Source: Eledone cirrhosa (Eukaryota). From it: 64,000 bases of DNA. The notes under the pieces are model-generated. The model was not told where the DNA came from. It searched no databases and saw only the letters and a program-made list of their open reading frames with translations. The stretch spans positions 31,496,001 to 31,560,000 of the forward strand of contig OZ024758.1 in the NCBI GenBank assembly GCA_964016885.1. The letters are read 5' to 3'. This document shows positions 12,801 to 27,800 of this stretch, one piece after another; the first letter of the stretch is position 1, and every line of letters starts with the position of its first letter. The position numbers and the translations under genes were made by a program.

Positions 12801-15800
12801 CAGCTGGGGGAAGGTCTATGTCCTACAATAGACAATAGATGACAGCTGGGGGAAGGTCTATGTCCTACAATGGACAATAGATGTCAGCTGGGGGAACGTC
12901 TATGTCCTAGAATAGACAATAGATGACAGCTGGGGAAAGGTCTATGTCCTACAATAGACAATAGATGACAGCTGGGGGAAGGTCTATGTCCTACAATAAA
13001 CAATAGATGTCAGGTGGGGGAAGGTCTATGTCCTACAATAGACAATAGATGTCAGCTGGAGGAAGGTCTATGTCCTACAATGGACAATATATGACACAGC
13101 TGGGGGAAGGTCTATGTCCTACAATGGACAATAGATGACACAGCTGGGAGAAGGTCTATGTCCTACAATGGAGAATAGATGACAGCTGGGGGAAGGTCTA
13201 TATCCTACAATGGACAATAGATGACACAGCTGGGAGAATGTCTGTGTCCTACAATAGACAATAGATGTCAGCTGGGGGAAGGTCTATGTCCTACAATAGA
13301 CAATAGATGTCAGCTGGGGCAAGGTATATGTCCTACAATGGACAATAGATGACACAGCTGGGGGAAGGTCTATGTCCTACAATGGACAATAGATGACACA
13401 GCTGGGAGAAGGTATATGTCCTACAATGGACAATAGATGACACAGCTGGGGGAAGGTCTATGTCCTACAATGGACAATAGATGACACAGCTGGGGGAAGG
13501 TCTATGTCCTACAATGGACAATAGATGACACAGCTGGGAGAAGGTCTATGTCCTACAATGGAGAATAGATGACAGCTGGGGGAAGGTCTATATCCTACAA
13601 TGGACAATAGATGACACAGCTGGGAGAAGGTCTATGTCCTACAATAGACAATAGATGTCAGCTGGGGGAAGGTCTATGTCCTACAATAGACAATAGATGT
13701 CAGCTGGGGCAAGGTATATGTCCTACAATGGACAATAGATGACACAGCTGGGGGAAGGTCTATGTCCTACAATGGACAATAGATGACACAGCTGGGAGAA
13801 GGTATATGTCCTACAATGGAGAATAGATGACAGCTGGGGGAAGGTCTATATCCTAGAATGGACAATAGATGACACAGCTGGGAGAAGGTCTATGTCCTAC
13901 AATAGACAATAGATGTCAGCTGGGGGAAGGTCTATGTCCTACAATAGACAATAGATGTCAGCTGGGGCAAGGTATATGTCCTACAATGGACAATAGATGA
14001 CACAGCTGGGGGAAGGTCTATGTCCTACAATGGACAATAGATGACGCAGCTGGGAGAAGGTATATGTCCTACAATGGACAATAGATGACACAGCTGGGGG
14101 AAGGTCTATGTCCTACAATGGACAATAGATGACACAGCTGGGAGATGGTCTATATCCTACAATGGACAAGAGATGACAGCTGGGGGAAGGTCTATGTCCT
14201 ACAATGGACAATAGATGACACAGCTGGGAGAAGGTCTATGTCCTACAATGAACAATAGATGACAGCTGGGGGAAGGTCTATGTCCTACAATGGACAATAG
14301 ATGTCAGCTGGGGGAAGGTCTATGTCCTACAATAGACAATAGATGTCAGCTGGGGCAAGGTCTATGTCCTATAATAGACAATAGATGACACAGCTGGGAG
14401 AAGGTCTATGTCCTACAATAGACAATAGATGACACAGCTGGGAGAAGATCTATGTCCTACAATAGACAATAGATGTCAGCTGGGGGAAGGTCTATGTCCT
14501 ACAATGGACAATAAATGACACAGCTGGGAGAAGGTCTATGTCCTACAATAGACAATAGATGTCAGCTGGGGGAAGGTCTATGTCCTACAATGGACAATAA
14601 ATGACAGAGCTGGGAGTAGGTCTATGTCCTACAATAGACAATAGATGACACAGCTGGGGGAAGGTCTATGTCCTACAATAGACAATAGATGACACAGCTG
14701 GGGGAAGGTCTATGTCCTACAATAGACAATAGATGACACAGCTGGGGGAAGATCTATATCCTACAATAGACAATAGATGTCAGCTGGGGGAAGGTCTATG
14801 TCCTACAATGGACAATAGATGACACAGCTGGGGGAAGGTCTATGTCCTACAATAGACAATAGATGTCAGCTGGGGGAAGGTCTATGTCCTACAATGGATA
14901 ATAAATGACAGAGCTGGGAGAAGGTCTATGTCCTACAATAGACAATAGATGACACAGCTGGGGGAAGGTCTATGTCCTACAATGGACAATAGATGTCAGC
15001 TGGGGCAAGGTCTATGTCCTACAATAGACAATAGATGTCAGCTGGGGGAAGGTCTATGTCCTACAATGGACAATAGATGACAGCTGGGGGAAGGTCTATG
15101 TCCTACAATGAACAATAGATGTCAGCTGGGAGAAGGTCTATGTCCTACAATGGACAATAGATGTCAGCTGGGGCAAGGTCTATGTCCTACAATAGTCAAT
15201 AGATGACAGCTGGGGCAAGGTCTATGTCCTACAATGGACAATAGATGTCAGCTGGGGCAAGGTCTATGTCCTATAATAGACAATAGATAACACAGCTGGG
15301 GGAAGGTCTATGTCCTACAATGGACAATAGATGACAGCTGGGGGAAGGTCTATGTCCTACAATGGACAATAGATGACACAGCTGGGGTAAGGTCTATGTC
15401 CTACAATGGACAATAGATGACAGCTGGGGGAAGGTCTATGTCCTACAATAGACAATAGATGACAGCTAAGGGAAGGTCTATGTCCTACAATGGACAATAG
15501 ATGACAGCTGGGGAAAGGTCTATGTCCTACAATAGACAATAAATGACAGCTGGGGAAGGTCTATGTCTTACAATAGACAATAGATGTCAGCTGGGGGAAG
15601 TTCTATGTCCTACAATAGACAATAGATGTCAGCTGGGGCAAGGTCTATGTCCTACAATAGACAATAGATGACAGCTGTTGGACGGTCTATGTCCTACAAT
15701 GGACAATAGATGTCAGCTGGGGGAACGTCTATGTCCTACAATAGACAATAGATGACAGCTGGGGGAAGGTCTATGTCCTACAATAAATAATAGATGTCAG

Positions 15801-18800
15801 CTGGGGGAAGGTCTATGTCCTACAATGGACAATAGATGACACAGCTGGGGGAAGGTCTATGTCCTACAATAGACAATAGATGACACAGCTGGGGAAAGGT
15901 CTATGTCCTACAATAGACAATAGATGACAGCTGGGGGAAGGTCTATGTCCTACAATAGACAATAGATGACACAGCTGGGGAAAGGTCTATGTCCTACAAT
16001 AGACAATAGATGACAGCTGGGGGAAGGTCTATGTCCTACAATAAACAATAGATGTCAGCTGGGGGAAGGTCTATGTCCTACAATGGACAATAGATGACAG
16101 CTGGGGAAGGTCTATGTCCTACAATAGACAATAGATGTCAGCTGGGGGAAGGTCTATGTCCTACAATGGACAATAGATGACACAGCTGGGGGGAAGGACT
16201 ATGTCCTACAATGGACAATAGATGTCAGCTGGGGGAAGGTCTATGTCCTACAATGGACAATAGATGACACAGCTGGGGGAAGGTCTATGTCCTACAATGG
16301 ACAATAGATGACACAGCTGGTAGAAGGTCTATGTCCTACAATGGACAATAGATGACACAGCTGGGGGAAGGTCTATGTCCTACAATGGACAATAGATGAC
16401 ACAGCTGGGGGGAAGGACTATGTCCTACAATGGACAATAGATGTCAGCTGGGGGGAGGTCTATGTCCTACAATGGACAATAGATGACACAGCTGGGGGAA
16501 GGTCTATGTCCTACAATGGACAATAGATGACACAGCTGGGGGGAAGGACTATGTCCTACAATGGACAATAGATGACAGCTGGGGGAAGGTCTATGTCCTA
16601 CGATAGACAATAGATGTCAGCTGGGGGAAGGTCTATGTCCTACAATGGACAATAGATGACACCGCTGGGGGAAGGTCTATGTCCTACAATGGACAATAGA
16701 TGACACAGCTGGGAGAAGGTCTATGTCCTACAATGGACAATAGATGACACAGCTGGTGGAAGGTCTATGTCCTACAATGGACAATAGATGACACAGCTGG
16801 GGGAAGGTCTATGTCCTACAATAGACAATAGATGTCAGCTGGAGCAAGGTCTATGTCCTACAATAGACAATAGATGTCAGCTGGAGCAAGGTCTATGTCC
16901 TACAATAGACAATAGATGACACAGGTGGGAGAAGGTCTATGTCCTACAATAGACAATAGATGTCAGCTGGGGGAAGGTCTATGTCCTACAATGGACAATA
17001 AATGACACAGCTGGGAGAAGGTCTATGTCCTACAATGGAGAATAGATGACAGCTGGGGGAAGGTCTATATCCTACAATGGACAATAGATGACACAGCTGG
17101 GAGAAGGTCTATGTCCTACAATGGACAATAGATGACACAGCTGGGAGAAGGTCTATGTCCTACAATAGACAATAGATGTCAGCTGGGGGAAGGTCTATGT
17201 CCTACAATGGACAATAGATGACAACGCTGGGGGAAGGTCTATGTCCTACAATGGACAATAGATGACACAGCTGGGAGAAGGTCTATGTCCTACAATGGAG
17301 AATAGATGACAGCTGGGGGAAGGTCTATATCCTACAATGGACAATAGATGACACAGCTGGGAGAAGGTCTATGTCCTACAATAGACAATAGATGACACAG
17401 CTGGGAGAAGGTCTATGTCCTACAATAGACAATAGATGTCAGCTGGGGGAAGGTCTATGTCCTACAATGGACAATAGATGACAACGCTGGGGGAAGGTCT
17501 ATATCCTACAATGGACAATAGATAACACAGCTGGGAGAAGGTCTATGTCCTACAATGGAGAATAGATGACAGCTGGGGGAAGGTCTATATCCTACAATGG
17601 ACAATAGATGACACAGCTGGGAGAAGGTCTATGTCCTACAATAGACAATAGATGACACAGCTGGGAGAAGGTCTATGTCCTACAATAGACAATAGATGTC
17701 AGCTGGGGGAAGGTCTATGTCCTATAATAGACAATAGATGACAGCTGGGGGAAGGTCTATGTCCTACAATAGACAATAGATGACAGCTGGGGGAAGGTCT
17801 ATGTCCTGCAATGGACAAAAGATGACACAGCTGGGGGAAGGTCTATGTCCTACAATGGACAATAGATGACACAGCTGGGGGAAGGTCTATGTCCTACAAT
17901 GGACAATAGATGACAGCTGGGAGAAGGTCTATGTCCTACAATAGACAATAGATGACAGCTGGGGGAAGGTCTATGTCCTATAATAGACAATAGATGTCAG
18001 CTGGGGGAAGGTGTATGTCCTACAATAGACAATAGATGACAGCTGGGGCAGGGTCTATGTCCTACAATAGACAATAGATGTCAGCTGGGGGAAGGTCTAT
18101 GTCCTACAATAGACAATAGATGTCAGCTGGGGCAAGGTCTATGTCCGACAATGGACAATAGATGTCAGCTGGGGCAAGGTCTATGTTCTACAATAGACAA
18201 TAGATGTCAGCTGGGGGAAGATCTATGTCCTACAATGGACAATAGATGTCAGCTGGGGGAAGGTCTATGTCCTACAATGGACAATAGATGTCAGCTGGGG
18301 GAAGGTCTATGTCCTACAATAGACAATAGATGTCAGCTGGGGGAAGGTCTATGTCCTACAATAGACAATAGATGTCAGCTGGGGCAAGGTCTATGTCCTA
18401 CAATGGACAATAGATGTCAGCTGGGGGAAGGTCTATGTCCTACAATAGACAATAGATGTCAGCTGGGGCAAGGTCTATGTCCTACAATGGACAATAGACG
18501 ACAGCTGGGGGAAGGTCTATGTCCTGCAATGGACAATAGATGACAGCTGGGGCAAGGTCTATGTCCTACAATGGACAATAGATGTCAGCTGGGGCAAGTT
18601 CTATGTCCTACAATGGACAATAGATGTCAGCTGGGGCAAGGTCTATGTCCTACAATAGACAATAGATGTCAGCTAGGGGAAGGTCTATGTCCTACAATGG
18701 ACAATAGATGTCAGCTGCGGGAAGGTCTATGTCCTACAATGGACAATAGATGTCAGCTGGGGGAAGGTCTATGTCCTACAATGGACAATAGATGTCACAG

Positions 18801-21800
18801 CTGGGGGAAGGTCTATGTCCTACAATGGACAATAGATGTCAGCTGGGGCAAGGTCTATGTCCTACAATGGACAATAGATGTCAGCTGGGGGAAGGTCTAT
18901 GTCCTACAATGGACAATAGATGTCACAGCTGGGGGAAGGTCTATGTCCTACAATGGACAATAGATGTCAGCTGGGGGAAGGTCTATGTCCTACAATAGAC
19001 AATAGATGTCAGCTGGGGCAAGGTATATGTCCTACAATGGACAATAGATGACACAGCTGGGGGAAGGTCTATGTCCTACAATGGACAATAGATGACACAG
19101 CTGGGAGAAGGTATATGTCCTACAATGGACAATAGATGACACAGCTGGGGGAAGGTCTATGTCCTACAATGGACAATAGATGACACAGCTGGGGGAAGGT
19201 CTATGTCCTACAATGGACGATAGATGACACAGCTGGGAGAAGGTCTATATCCTACAATGGACAAGAGATGACAGCTGGGGGAAGGTCTATGTCCTACAAT
19301 GGACAATAGATGACACAGCTGGGAGAAGGTCTATGTCCTACAGTGGACAATAGATGACAGCTGGGGGAAGGTCTATGTCCTACAATGGACAATAGATGTC
19401 AGCTGGGGAAAGGTCTATGTCCTACAATAGACAATAGATGTCAGCTGGGGCAAGGTCTATCTCCTATAATAGACAATAGATGACACAGCTGGGAGAAGGT
19501 CTATGTCCTACAATAGACAATAGATGACACAGCTGGGAGAAGATCTATGTCCTACAATAGACAATAGATGTCAGCTGGGGGAAGGTCTATGTCCTACAAT
19601 GGACAATAAATGACACAGCTGGGAGAAGGTCTATGTCCTACAATAGACAATAGATGTCAGCTGGGGGAAGGTCTATGTCCTACAATGGACAATAAATGAC
19701 AGAGCTGGGAGTAGGTCTATGTCCTACAATAGACAATAGATGACACAGCTGGGGGAAGGTCTATGTCCTACAATAGACAATAGATGACACAGCTGGGAGA
19801 AGGTCTATGTCCTACAATAGACAATAGATGACACAGCTGGGGGAAGATCTATATCCTACAGTAGACAATAGATGTCAGCTGGGGAAGGTCTATGTCCTAC
19901 AATGGACAATAGATGACACAGCTAGGGGAAGGTCTATGTCCTACAATAGACAATAGATGTCAGCTGGGGGAAGGTCTATGTCCTACAATGGACAATAAAT
20001 GACAGAGCTGGGAGAAGGTCTATGTCCTACAATAGACAATAGATGACACAGCTGGGGGAAGGTCTATGTCCTACAATGGACAATAGATGTCAGCTGGGGC
20101 AAGGTCTATGTCCTACAATAGACAATAGATGTCAGCTGGGGGAAGGTCTATGTCCTACAATGGACAATAGATGACAGCTGGGGGAAGGTCTTTGTCCTAC
20201 AATGGACAATAGATGTCAGCTGGGGCAAGGTCTATGTCCTACAATGGACAATAGATGTCAGCTGGGGCAAGGTCTATGTCCTACAATGGACAATAGATGT
20301 CAGCTGGGGCAAGGTCTATGTCCTACAATAGACAATAGATGACAGCCGGGGCAAGGTCTATGTCCTACAATGGACAATAGATGACACAGCTGGGAGAAGG
20401 TCTATGTCCTACAATAGACAATAGATGTCAGCTGGGGGAAGGTCTATGTCCTACAATGGACAATAGATGACAACGCTGGGGGAAGGTCTATATCCTACAA
20501 TGGACAATAGATAACACAGCTGGGAGAAGGTCTATGTCCTACAATGGAGAATAGATGACAGCTGGGGGAAGGTCTATATCCTACAATGGACAATAGATGA
20601 CACAGCTGGGAGAAGGTCTATGTCCTACAATAGACAATAGATGACACAGCTGGGAGAAGGTCTATGTCCTACAATAGACAATAGATGTCAGCTGGGGGAA
20701 GGTCTATGTCCTACAATGGACAATAGATGACACAGCTGGTAGAAGGTCTATGTCCTACAATGGACAATAGATGACACAGCTGGGGGAAGGTCTATGTCCT
20801 ACAATGGACAATAGATGACAGCTGGGAGAAGGTCTATGTCCTACAATAGACAATAGATGACAGCTGGGGGAAGGTCTATGTCCTATAATAGACAATAGAT
20901 GACAGCTGGGGGAAGGTCTATGTCCTACAATAGACAATAGATGACAGCTGGGGGAAGGTCTATGTCCTATAATAGACAATAGATGACAGCTGGGGGAAGG
21001 TCTATGTGCTGCAATGGACAATAGATGACACAGCTGGGGGAAGGTCTATGTCCTACAATGGTCAATAGATGACACAGCTGGGGGAAGGTCTATGTCCTAC
21101 AATGGACAATAGATGACAGCTGGGAGAAGGTCTATGTCCTACAATAGACAATAGATGACAGCTGGGGGAAGGTCTATGTCCTATAATAGACAATAGATGA
21201 CAGCTGGGGGAAGGTCTATGTCCTACAATAGACAATAGATGACAGCTGGGGGAAGGTCTATGTCCTGCAATGGACAATAGATGACACAGCTGGGAGAAGG
21301 TCTATGTCCTACAATAGACAATAGATGTCAGCTGGGGGAAGGTGTATGTCCTACAATAGACAATAGATGACAGCTGGGGCAGGGTCTATGTCCTACAATA
21401 GACAATAGATGTCAGCTGGGGGAAGGTCTATGTCCTACAATAGACAATAGATGTCAGCTGGGGCAAGGTCTATGTCCGACAATGGACAATAGATGTCAGC
21501 TGGGGCAAGGTCTATGTTCTACAATAGACAATAGATGTCAGCTGGGGGAAGATCTATGTCCTACAATGGACAATAGATGTCAGCTGGGGGAAGGTCTATG
21601 TCCTACAATGGACAATAGATATCAGCTGGGGGAAGGTCTATGTCCTACAATGGACAATAGATGTCAGCTGGGGGAAGGTCTATGTCCTACAATAGACAAT
21701 AGATGTCAGCTGGGGCAAGGTCTATGTCCTACAATGGACAATAGATGTCAGCTGGGGGAAGGTCTATGTCCTACAATAGACAATAGATGTCAGCTGGGGC

Positions 21801-24800
21801 AAGGTCTATGTCCTACAATGGACAATAGACGACAGCTGGGGGAAGGTCTATGTCCTGCAATGGACAATAGATGACAGCTGGGGCAAGGTCTATGTCCTAC
21901 AATGGACAATAGATGTCAGCTGGGGCGAGTTCTATGTCCTACAATGGACAATAGATGTCAGCTGGGGCAAGGTCTATGTCCTACAATAGACAATAGATGT
22001 CAGCTAGGGGAAGGTCTATGTCCTACAATGGACAATAGATGTCAGCTGCGGGAAGGTCTATGTCCTACAATGGACAATAGATGTCAGCTGGGGGAAGGTC
22101 TATGTCCTACAATGGACAATAGATGTCACAGCTGGGGGAAGGTCTATGTCCTACAATGGACAATAGATGTCAGCTGGGGGAAGGTCTATGTCCTACAATG
22201 GACAATAGATGTCACAGCTGGGGAAGGTCTATGTCCTACAATGGACAATAGATGTCAGCTGGGGGAAGGTCTATGTCCTACAATAGACAATAGATGTCAG
22301 CTGGGGCAAGGTATATGTCCTACAATGGACAATAGATGACACAGCTGGGGGAAGGTCTATGTCCTACAATGGACAATAGATGACACAGCTGGGAGAAGGT
22401 ATATGTCCTACAATGGACAATAGATGACACAGCTGGGGGAAGGTCTATGTCCTACAATGGACAATAGATGACACAGCTGGGGGAAGGTCTATGTCCTACA
22501 ATGGACGATAGATGACACAGCTGGGAGAAGGTCTATATCCTACAATGGACAAGAGATGACAGCTGGGGGAAGGTCTATGTCCTACAATGGACAATAGATG
22601 ACACAGCTGGGAGAAGGTCTATGTCCTACAATAGACAATAGATGTCAGCTGGGGGAAGGTCTATGTCCTACAATGGACAATAAATGACAGAGCTGGGAGT
22701 AGGTCTATGTCCTACAATAGACAATAGATGACACAGCTGGGGGAAGGTCGATGTCCTACAATAGACAATAGATGACACAGCTGGGGGAAGGTCTATGTCC
22801 TACAATAGACAATAGATGACACAGCTGGGGGAAGATCTATATCCTACAGTAGACAATAGATGTCAGCTGGGGAAGGTCTATGTCCTACAATGGACAATAG
22901 ATGACACAGCTAGGGGAAGGTCTATGTCCTACAATAGACAATAGATGTCAGCTGGGGGAAGGTCTATGTCCTACAATGGACAATAAATGACAGAGCTGGG
23001 AGAAGGTCTATGTCCTACAATAGACAATAGATGACACAGCTGGGGGAAGGTCTATGTCCTACAATGGACAATAGATGTCAGCTGGGGCAAGGTCTATGTC
23101 CTACAATAGACAATAGATGTCAGCTGGGGGAAGGTCTATGTCCTACAATGGACAATAGATGTCAGCTGGGGCAAGGTCTATGTCCTACAATAGACAATAG
23201 ATGACAGCCGGGGCAAGGTCTATGTCCTACAATGGACAATAGATGTCAGCTGGGGCAAGGTCTATGTCCTATAATAGACAATAGATGACACAGCTGGGGA
23301 AGGTCTATGTCCTACAATGGACAATAGATGACAGCTGGGGGAAGGTCTATGTCCTACAATGGACAATAGATGACACAGCTGGGGGAAGGTCTATGTCCTA
23401 CAATGGACAATAGGTGACAGCTGGGGGAAGGTCTATGTCCTACAATAGACAATAGATGACAGCTAAGGGAAGGTCTATGTCCTACAATGGACAATAGATG
23501 TCAGCTGGGGGAAGGTCTATGTCCTACAATAGACAATAGATGACAGCTGGGGAAAGGTCTATGTCCTACAATAGACAATAAATGACAGCTGGGGAAGGTC
23601 TATGTCTTACAATAGACAATATATGTCAGCTGGGGGAAGGTCTATGTCCTACAATAGACAATAGATGTCAGCTGGGGCAAGGTCTATGTCCTACAATAGA
23701 CAATAGATGACAGCTGGGGGACGGTCTATGTCCTACAATGGACAATAGATGTCAGCTGGGGGAACGTCTATGTCCTACAATAGACAATAGATGACAGCTG
23801 GGGAAAGGTCTATGTCCTACAATAGACAATAGATGACAGCTGGGGGAAGGTCTATATCCTACAATAAACAATAGATGTCAGCTGGGGGAAGGTCTATGTC
23901 CTACAATAGACAATAGATGACAGCTGGGGGAAGGTCTATGTCCTACAATAAACAATAGATGTCAGCTGGGGGAAGGTCTATGTCCTACAATAGACAATAG
24001 ATGTCAGCTGGAGCAAGGTTTATGTCCTACAATAGACAATAGATGACACAGCTGGGAGAAGGTCTATGTCCTACAATGGACAATAGCTGACACAGCTGGG
24101 AGAAGGTCTATGTCCTACAATAGACAATAGATGTCAGCTGGGGTAAGGTCTATGTCCTACAATGGACAATAGATGACAACGCTGGGGGAAGGTCTATGTC
24201 CTACAATGGACAATAGATGACACAGCTGGGAGAAGGTCTATGTCCTACAATGGAGAATAGATGACAGCTGGGGGAAGGTCTATATCCTACAATGGACAAT
24301 AGATGACACAGCTGGGAGAAGGTGTATGTCCTACAATAGACAATAGATGACACAGCTGGGAGAAGGTCTATGTCCTACAATAGACAAGAGATGTCAGCTG
24401 GGGGAAGGTCTATGTCCTACAATGGACAATAGATGACACAGCTGGGGGAAGGTCTATGTCCTACAATGGACAATAGATGACAGCTGGGAGAAGGTCTATG
24501 TCCTGCAGTGGACAATAGATGACACAGCTGGGAGAAGGTCTATGTCCTACAATAGACAATAGATGTCAGCTGGGGGAAGGTGTATGTCCGACAATGGACA
24601 ATAGATGTCAGCTGGGGCAAGGTCTATGTCCTACAATAGACAATAGATGTCAGCTGGGGGAAGGTCTGTGTCCTACAATAGACAATAGATGTCAGCTGGG
24701 GCAAGGTCTATGTCCTACAATAGACAATAGATGTCAGCTGGGGGAAGGTCTATGTCCTACAATGGACAATAGATGTCAGCTGGGGGAAGGTCTATGTCCT

Positions 24801-27800
24801 ACAATGGACAATAGATGTCAGCTGGGGGAAGGTCTATGTCCTACAATAGACAATAGATGTCAGCTGGGGGAAGGTCTATGTCCTACAATAGACAATAGAT
24901 GTCAGCTGGGGCAAGGTCTATGTCCTACAATGGACAATAGATGTCAGCTGGGGGAAGGTCTATGTCCTACAATAGACAATAGATGTCAGCTGGGGCAAGG
25001 TCTATGTCCTACAATGGACAATAGACGACAGCTGGGGGAAGGTCTATGTCCTGCAATGTACAATAGATGAGAGCTGGGGCAAGGTCTATGTCCTACAATG
25101 GACAATAGATGTCAGCTGGGGCAAGTTCTATGTCCTACAATGGACAATAGATGTCAGCTGGGGCAAGGTCTATGTCCTACAATAGACAATAGATGTCAGC
25201 TAGGGGAAGGTCTATGTCCTACAATAGACAATAGATGTCAGCTGGGGGAAGGTGTATGTCCTACAATAGACAATAGATGACAGCTGAGGCAGGGTCTATG
25301 TCCTACAATAGACAATAGATGTCAGCTGGGGGAAGGTCTATGTCCTACAATAGACAATAGATGTCAGCTGGGGCAAGGTCTATGTCCGACAATGGACAAT
25401 AGATGTCAGCTGGGGCAAGGTCTATGTTCTACAATAGACAATAGATGTCAGCTGGGGGAAGATCTATGTCCTACAATGGACAATAGATGTCAGCTGGGGG
25501 AAGGTCTATGTCCTACAATGGACAATAGATGTCAGCTGGGGGAAGGTCTATGTCCTACAATAGACAATAGATGTCAGCTGGGGGAAGGTCTATGTCCTAC
25601 AATAGACAATAGATGTCAGCTGGGGCAAGGTCTATGTCCTACAATGGACAATAGATGTCAGCTGGGGGAAGGTCTATGTCCTACAATAGACAATAGATGT
25701 CAGCTGGGGCAAGGTCTATGTCCTACAATGGACAATAGACGACAGCTGGGGGAAGGTCTATGTCCTGCAATGGACAATAGATGACAGCTGGGGCAAGGAC
25801 TATGTCCTACAATGGACAATAGATGTCAGCTGGGGCAAGTTCTATGTCCTACAATGGACAATAGATGTCAGCTGGGGCAAGGTCTATGTCCTACAATAGA
25901 CAATAGATGTCAGCTAGGGGAAGGTCTATGTCCTACAATGGACAATAGATGTCAGCTGCGGGAAGGTCTATGTCCTACAATGGACAATAGATGTCAGCTG
26001 CGGGAAGGTCTATGTCCTACAATGGACAATAGATGTCAGCTAGGGGAAGGTCTATGTCCTACAATGGACAATAGATGTCAGCTGCGGGAAGGTCTATGTC
26101 CTACAATAGGCAATAGATGACAGCTGGGGGAAGGTCTATGTCCTACAATGGACAATAGATGTCAGCTGCGGGAAGGTCTATGTCCTACAATGGACAATAG
26201 ATGTCAGCTGGGGGAAGGTCTATGTCCTACAATGGACAATAGATGTCACAGCTGGGGGAAGGTCTATGTCCTACAATGGACAATAGATGTCAGCTGGGGC
26301 AAGGTCTATGTCCTACAATGGACAATAGATGTCAGCTGGGGGAAGGTCTATGTCCTACAATGGACAATAGATGTCACAGCTGGGGGAAGGTCTATGTCCT
26401 ACAATGGACAATAGATGTCAGCTGGGGGAAGGTCTATGTCCTACAATAGACAATAGATGTCAGCTGGGGCAAGGTATATGTCCTACAATGGACAATAGTT
26501 GACACAGCTGGGGGAAGGTCTATGTCCTACAATGGACAATAGATGACACAGCTGGGAGAAGGTATATGTCCTACAATGGACAATAGATGACACAGCTGGG
26601 GGAAGGTCTATGTCCTACAATGGACAATAGATGACACAGCTGGGGGAAGGTCTATGTCCTACAATGGACGATAGATGACACAGCTGGGAGAAGGTCTATA
26701 TCCTACAATGGACAAGAGATGACAGCTGGGGGAAGGTCTATGTCCTACAATGGACAATAGATGACACAGCTGGGAGAAGGTCTATGTCCTACAATGGACA
26801 ATAGATGACAGCTGGGGGAAGGTCTATGTCCTACAATGGACAATAGATGTCAGCTGGGGAAAGGTCTATGTCCTACAATAGACAATAGATGTCAGCTGGG
26901 GCAAGGTCTATCTCCTATAATAGACAATAGATGACACAGCTGGGAGAAGGTCTATGTCCTACAATAGACAATAGATGACACAGCTGGGAGAAGATCTATG
27001 TCCTACAATAGACAATAGATGTCAGCTGGTGGAAGGTCTATGTCCTACAATGGACAATAAATGACACAGCTGGGAGAAGGTCTATGTCCTACAATAGACA
27101 ATAGATGTCAGCTGGGGGAAGGTCTATGTCCTACAATGGACAATAAATGACAGAGCTGGGAGTAGGTCTATGTCCTACAATAGACAATAGATGACACAGC
27201 TGGGGGAAGGTCTATGTCCTACAATAGACAATAGATGACACAGCTGGGGGAAGGTCTATGTCCTACAATAGACAATAGATGACACAGCTGGGGGAAGATC
27301 TATATCCTACAATAGACAATAGATGTCAGCTGGGGGAAGGTCTATGTCCTACAATGGACAATAAATGACAGAGCTGGGAGAAGGTCTATGTCCTACAATA
27401 GACAATAGATGACACAGCTGGGGGAAGGTCTATGTCCTACAATGGACAATAGATGTCAGCTGGGGCAAGGTCTATGTCCTACAATAGACAATAGATGTCA
27501 GCTGGGGGAAGGTCTATGTCCTACAATGGACAATAGATGACAGCTGGGGGAAGGTCTTTGTCCTACAATGGACAATAGATGTCAGCTGGGGCAAGGTCTA
27601 TGTCCTACAATGGACAATAGATGTCAGCTGGGGCAAGGTCTATGTCCTACAATGGACAATAGATGTCAGCTGGGGCAAGGTCTATGTCCTACAATAGACA
27701 ATAGATGACAGCCGGGGCAAGGTCTATGTCCTACAATGGACAATAGATGTCAGCTGGGGCAAGGTCTATGTCCTATAATAGACAATAGATGACACAGCTG

